From assembly GCF_006345805.1 (NCBI RefSeq), contig NC_042999.1:117118001-117182000 (forward strand): a stretch of 64,000 nucleotides of DNA. Reading direction: 5' to 3'. Position numbers and translations under genes: made by a program. Shown piece by piece: positions 37,381 to 50,811 of the stretch (position 1 is its first letter; each line of letters begins with the position of its first letter). The notes beneath the pieces were generated by a model. That model ran no database searches. It was given only the letters and a program-made list of their open reading frames with translations, and was not told where the DNA came from. The stretch is from Octopus sinensis (lineage: Eukaryota).

Positions 37381-38009
37381 GTATGTTTACAAAATATATT
37401 TTTGGAGGTCAGAAATTCCCGTTATGAAGGTTGTGGCATTTGTTCTTCACCCAACAAAGATTTTGTTTATTATATTTATAATACAGTAATAAGAGTTTTA
37501 ACACGTTGAAAGCTTAAGCGGATCTCTACTTCGCTTTCGGCATCTATTAACAACTATATGTATTGTCAATCGCTCGCCAAGTTGTAAATAGGTTGTAACT
37601 AGTAAAGGATTCTTCGTCGATAGTAGGTTGCTGAATTCTGATCCTTAATGTGCATATTTTCTCAATAATGGAAATCCTCTCTCTTGAACTCATCAGGGCT
37701 AGTTAATTATATATTGTTGTTTTGTCGCTGTGTACACAAGTTAACGCTTCTTAAACGTGCATGAGTTTTAACACACATGCACACAGACGGTCTCGCCCCT
37801 CGTTCTTGTACAGTTCTGTCTGTCTTAACGGACACACACACACTTTAAATAATTGTGTGTGATTTGAGGGTGATTTTCAGCAGTGAAGCAACTACATAAA
37901 ATCACCTTCGATTCGATCCCCAAGTAAAAGGCTTGTTGTAAGAGATAGAAATAGTTTATCAGTTTCGTTAAATATCATAAAATTTCTAACAACAACAACA
38001 GTAAAAATA

Positions 38010-38220
38010 TAGGTTTCTGATTTAGGCACAAATGCAACAGTTTTGAAAGGAATGAGTTAATCAATACTATCGATCCCAGCAGCAGACTGGTACTTTATTT
38101 TTATTGACCCTAGAAGGACGAAAGACAAAGTTAACTTAAGTGGGATTTGAAGTTGGAATGTAAAAAGCTGGAGGAAATACTACAAACGATTTTCTCTGGT
38201 GCTCGAACAATTCTGCACAA
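38010..38220 (-). mobile_element. SINE, same family as 146-2446
   Basis: Reverse complement of the unit (ctggtactttattt..attgaccc..gaaggacgaaagacaaagtt.actt). Confidence 0.7.
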
Positions 38221-38521
38221 ATCTTTCTTAAATAGCCCGTCTTTCGTCACCTCTAGGTTTATATATGTGCTGCATTAAAAAAAAATAATCTAAAATCGTT
38301 TCACCCTTTATTTAACTACAGTTTAGCTAATTTAATAATAACATGTCTGAATATGATACATGTATAATACAAAATCATTTTAAAATACAAATCCCAAACT
38401 GAAAGAAATACACACTTGAGTGAAGTAAAAAACAAAGGGGCAGGGAAAGAAGGTGAATGAAAAAGAAAAAAAAAACATCAATTCGATACTAAGTGCTTCA
38501 ACAGGTCACATACGACAAAGT

Positions 38522-38712
38522 TCAATGGAACCTACTGAAGGAAACAAACGTGCTTGTGGCATTGCTGCGGTCGTTGACAAAGCTAAGATGTTGGAACAGC
38601 CAAGCACCTGTCACCTCAGTAAGGCGACTCACCAACGATGACAATAACTTCACTGTTTGCTGTGCTGCCCCTCCAAATGTCTCAAATGCCACAGGCTGGA
38701 AGAAATGATTCA
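38522..38712 (-). mobile_element. 3' fragment of an RLE-type (CRE-like) non-LTR retrotransposon
   Basis: FFQPVAFETFGG..TVKLLSSLVSRLTEVTG.WLFQHLSFVNDRSNA resembles the FxPxAxETxG...LFQRLS..QRGNA C-terminus of CRE-type elements. Confidence 0.6.
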
Positions 38713-40025
38713 TTGACAAGTCCTGATACTTTACTCGGATCGATTCTGTCATATTTTCTCTTCTGTAAACTTGGAGTCTTGTGTCGTTTTAATTTATGAA
38801 AAGAACCCCATTATTATTGCATTACGATAGGCAGAATTTTTCATAGTAGCTTGTTCAATAACTTCCTATTAATTCTTTCCAGACACTACCACTTTGATAA
38901 CATAATGTAAATCCAGAAAGTGAGCATGACTTTAAAAAAAATAACACAAAAAATATAAAGTGCATTTTATAATAGTTTGACAGTGTTGGATTGTTTGATA
39001 TTCTGATGTAGGTTTTGTAGAAATTATGAATTTAGTACTTGGATTGGTGTGTAATCATAGGTTTGACAGCAATCACACAAACTTAAAAGAAGTAGAAAAT
39101 AATTTCTTCATATGCCCCACACTACTATTCTGTAGCTAATAAAAAAGATATAAAACATGGCACAAAAATTAAAACTGCTTCCTGTGAATGTTGTACTTTG
39201 ATTCCTTAATACAAGTGAGGGAAGAGAATAAGTCAACATAATTCATGTGAAGGAAAATAAAAGAAACTATAATACTAGTGCTTGTCAGAAGGAGGTGCAT
39301 TTTATATAATTGCAGCTAAGATATATAAATATATATCATCATCATCATCGTCATCAACATTTAACGTCCATTTTCCATGCCTGCATGGGTTGAATGGCAT
39401 GACAGGAACTGGCAATTCCATGTGCTACACCAGGTTTCCTCAGCCTAGTGGCATAATTAAGAGGTGCAAGCCATGGCTATGCAGTTAAGAAATTTGTTTC
39501 TCATTTACATGATTTTGTGTTTAGTTCCGCTGTATAACACCCTCACTAAGTGTTTTCTATAGCCTTGGGATGACCAAAGCCTTGTGAGTGGATTTGGTAA
39601 ATGGAAACTGAAAGAAACAAGTTTTTTTTATCACTACCATAATGGTATCTGTTCCTCAAAACTGATTGGTCTTGTACCACACCACCACACAAGCAACCCC
39701 AACCTACCCATCTCTCTACCTTTTTTATTACCCTTGATGCATCCAAATGCTCTGACCCTGCACTAACCACCATGTCCAGTCCTTTCTCCTCAGAATATCG
39801 GCCTACATACATATGTACGTACGTACATACATACATATATACATACATACAGACACACAGACAGACAGCTACAACAAACTTTCAGAGTAAAGAGTCAGTT
39901 ACATATATAGTTGCATGTATCGCATTTCCTTCTTAATTTATCATGTTTAAATTTATATCTAAACTTTTAGATACTTGAAATTTTATTGAATTTTTAGAAG
40001 CTCACCTTATCTTCTCTAATTTCAG

Positions 40026-40154
40026 GTTGCTGCCACTACTGGACACAGTGTTACCCTCATTGACCAGAAGGATGAGTTGCTTGCTAAATCAACTGCTGGT
40101 ATCGAAAAGAGCTTGGCCAGAGTGGCAAAGAAAAAGTTTTCTGATGACCCTGAG
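40026..40154 (+). CDS. HADH: HADH exon 2
   Basis: ttcag|[43 protein letters not shown]|gttaga; 129 nt, phase 0/0. Confidence 0.95.
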
Positions 40155-40599
40155 GTTAGAAGAGCTGTAATAGTTATCTGTTTATTATATTTGCTTAATT
40201 AGTTGGTTGGTTAATTTTGTCATTTCCTTAAGTTTCAACACCAGGAAGTATTGTGTACTTTTTTAATTCTGATATTTTACTTCCATTCATCTCAGTTCTC
40301 TTGTGGTATTTGGAAATCATGCCAACTGGAATATCATAGATTGTACATAGTATTTAGTTGTCATTGATGATGATGATGACCATGATAATGATGGCAATGA
40401 TGTTGATAATGTATTCTTTAGGGCCTCCATCGGTCATGGCTGACCATGGATGATGTCATCCCTCTGTTGAGTTGTCTATTCAGTTTTTGCAACGCCTCCT
40501 GTAGCTGTAGAGACCGATGCGAGAGTGGCAGTCTCGTTTGCAGAGGTTACACCTATACGTTGAATCTGGTCTGTTGGCTGTCATTTATTTTCTGCAAGC

Positions 40600-41430
40600 T
40601 CTACCACTGATGAGAAGGTTCAGCAAGCTGGTAATGGTGAACTGGCGAGTTAACACCAATGAGGTAGCTTTTTCTCTGCAGATTAGTCATGGTTCTGCCT
40701 ATCAAATCATCCATGATAAGCTCAGTTGCCATAAAATCTGGGCAAAATGGGTGCCAAGAGAGCTTACTACGGAACTCTAGTGCAAACATCTTGAAGTCTG
40801 CCAGTGTTTACTCGATTGCTACAACAATGAGGGTGAGTAATTTTTGAGCAGAATAGTCACAGGAGATGAAACCTGGGCCCATCATTATTAGATATAATCC
40901 AAAAGAGTAAACACCTTGGCTTGCCAGTGACAAAGAAATTCAAGACTTGGTCTTCCTTGGGAAAGGTGATGCTGACCCTTTTTTTGGGACTCAAAAGGCC
41001 TATACTGGCAGACTACCTGGAGAAGGGGTGTACGATCAACTGTGCAAGATACAATGCTTTGCTGGCCAACAAACCGAAGCCAGCAATTTGCACCAAACTC
41101 CGAAGCTTATTGTCAAAGAAATTTTTCTTGTTGCATCACAATGCACGGCCACCCAGACCATTGAAACCATCAATCAATTGGGTTTTGAGGGGCTGGAACA
41201 CCCTGTCTACAGCCCAGATCTCACCCCTTTCAATTATCATATCTTTGGATTGCTCAAAGATAGTTTATGAGGTCGTTGATTTCCTACGGATGAAAATGTG
41301 AAGAAAGTGGTGCATAAATGGTTGCACGACCAGTCGAAAACCTTCTTGGAGTGAATATGCAAGCCTGCGAACCACTGGACTAAGTGCATCAAAAAGGAGG
41401 GAGACTATATAGAAAAATGACATACTTGTT
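40600..41430 (+). mobile_element. Degenerate mariner transposase fragment
   Basis: ISHGSAYQIIHDKL..KWVPRELT, RIVTGDETW, HHNARP and HPVYSPDL; multiple stops. Confidence 0.85.
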
Positions 41431-41726
41431 TATCCCTTACTTTTGTGTATAATTTTTGATTCTCCCTCATATGTATATTATTGAATGCACATACTCAACA
41501 TATGTCTTTCACTTGTTCACCAGCATGCTGCAGTTTAGTGCAGTGGGGATGACTCCCTTACAACTTGCCCTTATCCCATTCTATGACTCAGGTGTTTTAA
41601 TACCCAGTTCTTTGAGGGTGTCATCCCCACTACGCTAAATTGCAGCATGCCAGTGAACAAGCAAAACAAATACATTGTGTGTGGTCAATAATATTTATGA
41701 CACTAGCACTGCTTCTAATTCATAAC

Positions 41727-41776
<50 letters not shown>

Positions 41777-41918
41777 GATAATACATAATTATTTGACTCC
41801 TATATTTGATCAATTTATAAATTTTTATAAATTGATAAAAAAAAAATTATTAATGCAAAGATTTTTCATAAATCAATAAGAGAAGGTAATTAAAATAAAC
41901 AAAACAAATCTTTTGCAG

Positions 41919-42076
41919 GGTGGCAAGAAGTTTATATCAGACATCATGTCTCGTATCAGCACTCACACAAATCCTATTCCTGTTATGAAAGATACGGATC
42001 TTGTTATTGAGGCTATTATAGAAAATATTGGCATCAAGCAGAAACTGTTTGCAGAACTCGATGCAGCAGCACCACA
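41919..42076 (+). CDS. HADH: HADH exon 3
   Basis: tgcag|GGKKFISDIMSRISTHTNPIPVMKDTDLVIEAIIENIGIKQKLFAELDAAAP(Q)|gtaagt; 158 nt. Confidence 0.95.
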
Positions 42077-42202
42077 GTAAGTTGTGTTTCAGTTTTTTAC
42101 TTTCATTTATATTCTTTTTTGATTTCTTTACATCCATTTTTCTCAAATTAGTTTCATATTGCTGTGAAGCTCCTAACCATGAAGGTTCAAGTAAAATCTG
42201 TT

Positions 42203-42244
<42 letters not shown>

Positions 42245-42552
42245 CTCCCCCACCACCATTATGTGTGTCTCTCCCTCCTACCCCTCCTCCTCACATGCTT
42301 TCACTGTGTATTACCCCCCCACCACCACCAAGACAAGCAGCTAGCACCGCAGCTCATCAACCGCCCCACCTATACTACGTTTCTTCCTGTTGAATCTGTC
42401 ACTGCCTCAACCGGCTATCTCCTTCCAGTCCCCTCCCCCACTCGTGATGTCCTACGTTTTATTTCCTACGAACCTGCATCAACCCTAGCTGTCATCGTTC
42501 CTCCTTACCCCAACCCTCCCCACTGGTGCTTCCCTATATTACCTGCACCCCC

Positions 42553-42849
42553 AAAAAGCACCATCCGAACGTGGCCGATGCCAGCGCCGCCCTGGCTGGC
42601 TTCCGTGCCGCTGGCATGTTAAAAGCTCAAACCGATCGTGACCGATGCCAGACCCACCCTGGCACCTGTGCAGGTGGCACGTAAAAAGCACCCACTACAC
42701 TCGCGGAGTGGTTGGCGTTAGGAAGGGCATCCAGCCGTAGAAACTCTGCCAGATCAGACTGGAGCCTGGTGCAGCCTCCTGGCTTCCCAGACCCCGGTTG
42801 AACCGTCCAACCCGTGCTAGCGCGGAAAGCGGACGTTAAACGATGATGA

Positions 42850-42852
<3 letters not shown>
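42553..42852 (+). mobile_element. RTE-type 3' tail with tandem modules
   Basis: Matches 34560-34880. Confidence 0.85.
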
Positions 42853-42893
<41 letters not shown>

Positions 42894-43834
42894 TATCTTT
42901 CTTTTACCTGTTTCAGTTATTGGACTGTAACTGTGCTCGGGCACCACTTTAAAAGTTTTAGTTGAACAAATTGATAACAGTACTTACTAAGTTTGGTACT
43001 TATTCTATAGGTCTCTTTCACTGAACTGCTGAGTTAAGGTGACATAAACAAACCAACACCAGTTGTCAAGTTGTAGTGGGGCACAAACACAACATGCACA
43101 TACACATATATGTTAGTCAGAGAAGAAATGCTTATAATCATGACCTTTGCATGCTCTCATAGGCTGGTGAGATTAGTGCAGTTGATGTTCAGTTAGATCT
43201 ATTGGTGAATGCTTGCAGAAAAGTATGGGCAAGAAAAGAACTGCAAAGTGAAACATAGTGAGAATGGCAGGTGTTCCAGAGCAGTGCCATGTTAAAGTAT
43301 AAAACTAGTGCCTTAGTACATTGTTGCTCTGGAGGATTTTCACTCTTGCTATATCTCACTTAGCAGTTCTTTCTAGGAACCCAGTGCTAACCTCTGTATG
43401 CAATGGCGCATACATGTTAGTTAAGCAAGTAAGAGTTCTAGGGCGATAATTGTGTTGAGACAGTCCTGGTCCAGAGTGAAGGGTGGATGTAACTTAGTAG
43501 TTCAGAAGCTTTATAATAGTGGTAGAAGAGACAAAGAAAGGAAACTTCACACTGTACCATACTGATGATAGTCTGATATGAACTGAAATATTTCTCTGCT
43601 CTAAACCTGTTGTCAGCTGTACAAGCTGAGGGAAACAAAGTTATGTACCTTGCCCAAGAGTACAACACAATAGCTACAGTGTGATTTAAATCTCTGATGA
43701 TAATTAGTTAGCCACAACTATTAAAAAGGGTAATAGTAGTATGTATATTGTCAGATACTATTTTTTTAGATTGCTTAAATGCTTAATGGGTAAGATTTCA
43801 CTTGTCTTTACAAATTTACTAATTAAAAAGAACA

Positions 43835-45082
43835 GTCACATTCCAGGGAGAAAAACTACAAGTAGTTGATAGCTTCCATTACCTAGGTGACCAAGTCAGT
43901 TGTCCTGAAAGTGTTGCTGCTAGAATAAGAATAGCCTAGTTCAGAGAGCTCCTACCTCTGCTGATGACAAAGGGCCTTTTACTCAGAGTAAAAGGTAGAC
44001 TATATGACGCATGTGTACGAACAGCCATGCTACATGGCAGTAAAACATGGGCCGTAACTGCTGAGGACATGTGTAAGCTTGCAAGGAATGAAGCCAGCTT
44101 CACATTACACATTGCACATTACACAGAATGACATAACACATCCAGCTCCATTGGATGTGTAATGTCAGTGTGCATAAATGACAGAGTGTAAGCGCCCTGA
44201 GAGAAAAGTTGGACTTAGTATCAGATGTGGTGTGCAAGAGAGACGACTGCGCTGGTATGGTCATGTGTTGCGAATGGATGAGAACAGCTGTATGAAAAAG
44301 TGTCACATCCTAGCAGTTGAGGGAAACTGTGGAAGAGGTAGACCAGGAAGACCTGGGATGAGGTGGTGAAGCATGACCTTTGAACATTGGGCCTCACCAA
44401 GGCAATGACTAGTGACTGAGACCTTTGGAGATATACTGTGCTTGAGAAGACCCGACGAGCCAAGTGAGACCATAACCCATAGCCTGTGCCAGTGGTGTAT
44501 AACCAGCCCACTTATGAGTACCCTTCATTCATTGGACAATAAACTTTGCTTATGAAGACCTGTTGAGGCAAGTGAAATCAAAATCTCTGACATGGCTGAT
44601 GACAGTACTGCCTGATTGGCACTTGTGCCAGTAAAACGTTAAAAGCACCATCCGAGCATGATCGTTGCCAGGGTGCTGACTGGCTCCCGTGCCGGTGGCA
44701 CGTAAAAAGCACCATTCGAGCGTGATTGTTGCCAGTGTCGCCTTACTGGTACATGTGCCAGTGGCACATGAAAAACAACATTCGAACGTGATCATTGCCA
44801 GTGCTGCCAGACTGGCTCCCATGCAGGTGGCATGTAAAAAGCACCTTTTGAGCATGGTTGTTGCCAGTACCACCTGACTGGCCTTCGTGTCAGTGGTACG
44901 TAAAGGCACCCACTACACTTTTGGAGTGGTTGGCATTAGGAAGGGCATCCAGCTGTAGAAACTTTGCCAGATCAGATTGAAGCCTGGTGCAGACTTCTGG
45001 CTTGCCAGTCCTCAGTCAAACTGTCCGACCCATGCCAGCATGGAAAGCGGACGTTAAACAACGATGATGATGATCATGATGA
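43835..45082 (+). mobile_element. RTE LINE 3' fragment with ~5 tandem 3' UTR modules
   Basis: Highly similar to 33680-34880 but with stops and indels. Confidence 0.9.
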
Positions 45083-45740
45083 TTTTATCAGAATGTTCGA
45101 AGAATGTGTTAAAAACAACTGTAGGTAATATGCTAAGTAACTTGACCTTTGGGTTATCAAAGGTGTGACTAGGAATGTTAGCTTAATGATTATATGCTTA
45201 GTAGATATAATTATCATATCATTCAGTGTAGTTCAGAAATTTTCCTTTTATCTGTTAGTCTGTAGAAGAAAGGCTTTTTACAGCTACTTTTAAATTGGGA
45301 GATGGAGATAGTTATTTCATTTGAACAGTTGCAGATTAATGTTTTGTGAGGGGAAATCAAGGTCAAGGTGAGAGAATGAGTTTTAGCGGTATGTTGTTCT
45401 CATGAAGAGTTTAATAAGAAAACCTGGGTTGTATCACAAAGTTTGGGAAGTAAGCACTATAAGAGAAAACTTCTTGCTATGACTATGAACTGTTTTTTAT
45501 CATTATGACTGAAAAGACAATATTGCTCATGTCCAATTAAGATACTGTTGGATTAAAAGATATACATAATGTTTAGAGTCAAATATCCTGTGTGATGTTT
45601 AATTTTAGGTGTGTCTTGTATAAGAAATTAACTATACCTAAGGATTTAAATGTCTGACTTTTTTCATGCTCAGATATACATATTTACTGTATAGTTTCTT
45701 ATCAACAACATCAAGATGGCAATTTACATATCTCTTGCAG

Positions 45741-45867
45741 GAATGTGATATTTACCAGTAATACATCGTCTCTTCCTATCAAAGATATTTCTGCTACAAC
45801 TAAAAGACAGGATCGCTTTGGTGGATTGCATTTCTTTAATCCTGTTCCAATGATGAAACTTCTTGAG
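45741..45867 (+). CDS. HADH: HADH exon 4 (catalytic His/Glu region)
   Basis: tgcag|[42 protein letters not shown]|gtaagt; 127 nt. Confidence 0.97.
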
Positions 45868-46538
45868 GTAAGTTCTGACTAGATGTTTTGTATCTTTTAA
45901 AATCTTTAATTTGATTAGTTTGGCTGATAGTCTTTATGTACAAGAATGTTTTTCAGCCAACCAATTGGAGGAATTTCTGGATCAGGAAAACGTTCACTTT
46001 AAGAGAGATGCTGCCATTAACAAAACAAAAGTTAGAAAGTACTGCAGTATTAGTAATGAATTACTAAGGGAGACAATCCTTACCTTACCGCAAACCAATG
46101 TGAGATGGAGTTACTAGAGGGTTGCGTGACCTGCTAGTTATAACATCACACTCGATGGTCATTGCTAAAGTGCTTTTGATCATAGATCTGCATAATCATA
46201 GCTGCTCTGAGATTAAACCTTCTTTTAAGCACTTCAAAACATACCGGTCAGCTCGTAAAATAAATTGCTAGAAAAGGTGTAAGGGCCTGATGTATTATAT
46301 ATTATTCTTTTATTCTTTTACTTGTTTCAGTCATTTGACTGCGTCCATGCTGGAGCACTGCCTTGAAGGGTTTTTAGTTTAAAAAATCAGCCCCAGAACT
46401 TATTCTTTAAGCCCAGTACTTATTCTATCAATTTCTTCTGCTGAACTGCCAAGTTGCAGGGACGTAATCACACCCAACATCAGTTATCAAATGCTGATTG
46501 GGGGACAAAAAGACAGACAAAAAGACTCATACACATAG

Positions 46539-46578
<40 letters not shown>

Positions 46579-47314
46579 CTGGCTTCTTTCAGTTTGCATC
46601 TACCAAATCCACTCACAAGGCTTTGGTTGTCTTGGAGCTATAGTAGAAGACACTTGCCCAAGGTGCCACGCAATGGGACTGAACCTGGAACCATGTGGTT
46701 GGGAAGCAAGCTTCAATTTATTAGAATAAAAATTTATAAATATTTCTATAAAAAGCTTCCAGTTGATTATGACAGTGTAATTAAATAAACTAACAAACAC
46801 TGAAATTATTGTAATTAATTATTTTTATTCTGTAACTCTGAATAAAAGCTGATTCAGAATGCAGGTGAGTCTTGTCACAGATAATGACTTTATAGTTGGC
46901 ATGAGACAGTGTACCTGTTCAATGTTATAAAGTGGTTGGATGAAATGATGATGATGATGATGCTAATGACAACGATTGGCTGTTTTCCCTGTTGCTGTGT
47001 GTGCCAGATGACAAAGGACTGGGACAGTGCAACTCATCCATGTCAGCATGGAAACAACATACGTAAGATAATAATGACAATGATAAATAGGGTCACTCAA
47101 ACAGTTACAATTAAACAAGTCCTTTCTAGATGACCATTCCTTTATACACCTTCAGATAACTTTCTTGAAAAAAGCCTCCTTTGGTCTTAAATGCTGTAAC
47201 ATAGCAATTAAGTGGAAAAACTAACAAGAAGTATCAAAGAAGTTTAAACCCTATAATCAACAGTGAATATAGCTAAAATGTAAATACATAAATACACCCA
47301 CATATATGTGTGTG

Positions 47315-48045
47315 ATCATCATCATCATCGTTTAACGTCCGTTTTCCATGCTGGCATGGGTTGGACGGTTTGACTGAGGTCTGGATAGCCAGCAGCTGCA
47401 CCAGGCTCCAATCTGATCTGGTAATGTTTCTACAGCTGGATGCCCTTCCTAATACAAACCACTCTGAGAGTGTAGTGGGTGCTTTTTATGTGCCACCAGC
47501 ACAGGAGCCAGTCAGGTGGGCTTGGCATTGATCGTGTTTGGAGAGTGTTTTTTACATGCCACCTGGACAGGAGCCAGTCAGGAGGGACTGGCATTGGCCA
47601 TGTTTGGATGATGCTTTTTACATGCCACCAGCACGGGAGCCAGTCAAGTGGTCTTGGCATCAATCATGTTTGGATAGTGCTTTTTACATGCTACCGGCAT
47701 AGTAGCCAGTCAGCAGGTACTGGTATTGGCATGTTTGGATGGTGCTTTTTATATGCTACCAGAATGGGAGCCAATCGGCAGGCACTGACCACAGCTATGG
47801 TTTTGGTTTTATTTGACTCTACAGGTCTTCTCAAGCATATCATATCACCTGATGCATCAAGGGTACTCTTAAATGCGCCGAACATGCAACACTGGCATCG
47901 GCCATGGCTGCAATCTCACTTTAGTTGCTGAGTTTTCTCAATCACAGCATATTTCCAAAGGTCTCAGTCTCCTGTCATTGCTTCTGTGAGGCCCATTGTT
48001 CGAAGGTCATGCTTTGCTATCTCATCCCATGTCTTTCTGGGTCTA
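47315..48045 (-). mobile_element. RTE LINE 3' fragment, antisense, ~5 modules
   Basis: Starts catcatcatcgtttaacgtccg; the minus strand encodes RPRKTWDEIAKHDLRTMGLTEAMT. Confidence 0.88.
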
Positions 48046-48095
48046 TACACACACACACACACATACACATCATTATTATTGATATCATTGTTATT

Positions 48096-48505
48096 AAGGT
48101 GGCAAGGTGAGAGCATCATTAGCACATTGGACGAAATGTTTAGTGGCATTATTTCTTCTGGTTTTACATTCTGACTTCAAATTCTGCTGAGGTCAACTTT
48201 GCCTTCCATTCTTTTGGGATCAATAAAATAAATATAAAATCAATATAATCAAGAAGCCCACTCTCCACATAATTTCAGGCCATGTGCCTATTGTAGAAAG
48301 GATTGCTATTATTATTTAGGCAGCAAGCTGGCACAATTTTTAGCATATTGGACAAAACGATTAGCAGCCTGGTTCTATGTTCTGAGTTCAAATGCTACTG
48401 AGGTTGATTTTGCTGTTCATCTTTTCAGGGTTGATTAAATAAGTGCCAGTTGAGAACCAGGGTTGATGTAACTGTCTAACCCTTCCCACTAAAATTTCAG
48501 GCTTT
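48096..48505 (+). mobile_element. Two tandem SINEs, same family as 146-2446
   Basis: Units start aaggtggcaagg and aggcagcaagctggc and are separated by an att tail. Confidence 0.8.
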
Positions 48506-49712
48506 GTGTGTCTCCCTCACATACCTGTCTGCACATATCTACCATATCCACCTAACCACTCCAATTTCTCTCACCATCACTTATCCATCTCTAAACATTT
48601 CTCCTCATATACTGATGAAACATTCCCCTCTAACCCATTTATATCCCCACCCCCTGTTATGTTCCATTTATATTCCCCTCCAACTGCATCTCCAATACCA
48701 TCTATTTCTCTCTCTCTCTCTTTCTTTCTCACTCTGGCTGTCTTTCTCTATCTTTTTCTGTAACCCTATCTCCCCTTCCACTCCTTTCTTTTCATACTGG
48801 GTTAACCAAGCATCTCCTCTATAGTAATGCACCCATCTCTATCTCTAGTATTCTCTAACCTCTTCTCATGGTACCACTCCCTCTTCAAGCTGACAGGTTT
48901 TTATTTTGCAACCTTGCTTGTACTGGTGCCATGTAAAAGGCACCCAGCACACTGTAAAGTAATTAGCATTAGGAAGGGTATCCAACCTTAGAATCCAAGC
49001 CAAAGCAGACAATAGAGCCTGGTGCAGCTCTCTAGCTTACCAGCTCCTCTCTAACTGTCCAGCCCATTCCAGCATGGAAGACTGACATTAAATGATGATG
49101 ATGATGGTGGTAGTGGCGAAGGTGGTGATTGTGATGATGAAGATGATGGTCAACATCATCATCACCATCATTACTCTCTGACTGGTATATCTAGTCATTG
49201 GGATGACACTCTAAATACTTTGGCAGTCAGCAAATACCACTGGTTGCTGGTGACTGTCACCTGTAGAAGAGCTGTGATGTTGAGGTTTGTCCATTACTTG
49301 ACGTTGCCAGACAAAGATAATTTTTAAAAATCTCTTCTTCACGCTCTGTGAATTGAGCTTAAGTGAATGGTTTTTGGCCTGGGTGTTGTGTTAGGATACA
49401 CGACCATAGCAGGTGAGCTTTGAACATTTCATTGTATTAAAGTGTTTTGTGTTTGGTTGCACACTTAGTTACTTGTTGCATGACAAAGTTGTTTGCCTTG
49501 TTCTGTGAAAGAGATGTGTTGCAGCCTTCTCAAACACTTGTACTCCAACATCAGCTTTGCCATCACTCTCTCTCTCGTCCTCCCTCTCCCCCCTCTCTCT
49601 CTGTATGTGTGCTTGTTATTCTAATTATTCTATTACCTGTTTATTCTCATTTGAAATATTTGCAGGAAGGTAGGGGAGTTTGTTTATAGATCATTACCTC
49701 CCTTTATACTGA

Positions 49713-49752
<40 letters not shown>

Positions 49753-49924
49753 AATATTAGGGAATAAATCCAAATTTACAGGGAAAAAATCAGATTTAGG
49801 ATTAAATCCAATTTTATAGTAAAATATTATAAAATATTATTAGAGACAAAACCACTATTTTGCAAAACAAACAAGGAAAGACTTAATCAATACATAAAAT
49901 TTTAATAAATAGTCAAAAAAACCG

Positions 49925-49967
49925 CCACTACAATTGTTTCTTGTCTTGATCGACAATCTTCAGGTGG
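49925..49967 (-). ncRNA. Minimal type I hammerhead ribozyme motif
   Basis: Exact reverse complement of 50018-50060. Confidence 0.82.
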
Positions 49968-50017
49968 ACTTCCAGTTTCAAATTATGAAATTTGAAACTG
50001 ACTTGTAAATTGGAAGT

Positions 50018-50060
50018 CCACCTGAAGATTGTCGATCAAGACAAGAAACAATTGTAGTGG
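50018..50060 (+). ncRNA. Minimal type I hammerhead ribozyme motif (predicted cleavage after GUA at 50056)
   Basis: ccac CTGAAGA ttgtc gatcaa gacaa GAAAC aatt GTA gtgg: stem I ccac/gtgg, CUGANGA core, stem II ttgtc/gacaa, GAAA, and a minimal stem III with palindromic AATT loop. Confidence 0.82.
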
Positions 50061-50153
50061 CGGTTTTTTTGACTATTTATTAAAATTTTATGTATTGATT
50101 AAGTCTTTCCTTGTTTGTTTTGCAAAATAGTGGTTTTGTCTCTAATAATATTT

Positions 50154-50184
<31 letters not shown>

Positions 50185-50811
50185 ATACACACACACACAC
50201 ATATATACATCATCATCATCATCGTTTAACGTCCGTTTTCCATGCTAGCATGGGTTGGACAGTTCAACCAGCTCCTGTGAAGCCAGGATGCTGCGCCAGG
50301 CTCCAGTCTGATCTGGCAGTGTTTCTACAGCTGGATGCCCTTCCTAACGCTCATGGCTTCCCAGACCCCGGTCGAACCATCCAACCCGTATATATATATA
50401 TATATATACATATATTATTAGGAAGCTTGCCTTCCAGCCACATGGTTTAGGGTTCTGTCCCACTGTGTGGCATCTTGAGTAAGTGTCTTCTGCTATAGCC
50501 TCAGGCCAACCGAAGCCTTGTGATTGATTTTGGTACGCAGATGTTACCATCATGAGTGTAAGTGCTTGTGCCTCCTAACAGGGTGGGGAAAAGATATATA
50601 TATTCCTCTTTCATACATTAACTAAAAGCATGTATGTTTGAAAAAGTTTATCGAAAGCGCTCATACAATAGGGAAAAAAATTTTTCCAAAATAGGTTAGT
50701 AACATCCTGATAAAAGATTTTACTACTTTAAAAAAAAAAAAATTCTTTTTAAATATCCATTTTATACTAAAAATATATTAAGTAATTTTTCACAAAGACT
50801 TTCAAATATAT

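Larger units (their letters stand above)
49828..50157. repeat. Perfect inverted repeat, 147-bp arms (49828-49974 / 50011-50157), 36-nt spacer
   Basis: Arms compared by eye with no mismatch found; the element is bounded by (TA)n on both sides. Confidence 0.92.
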
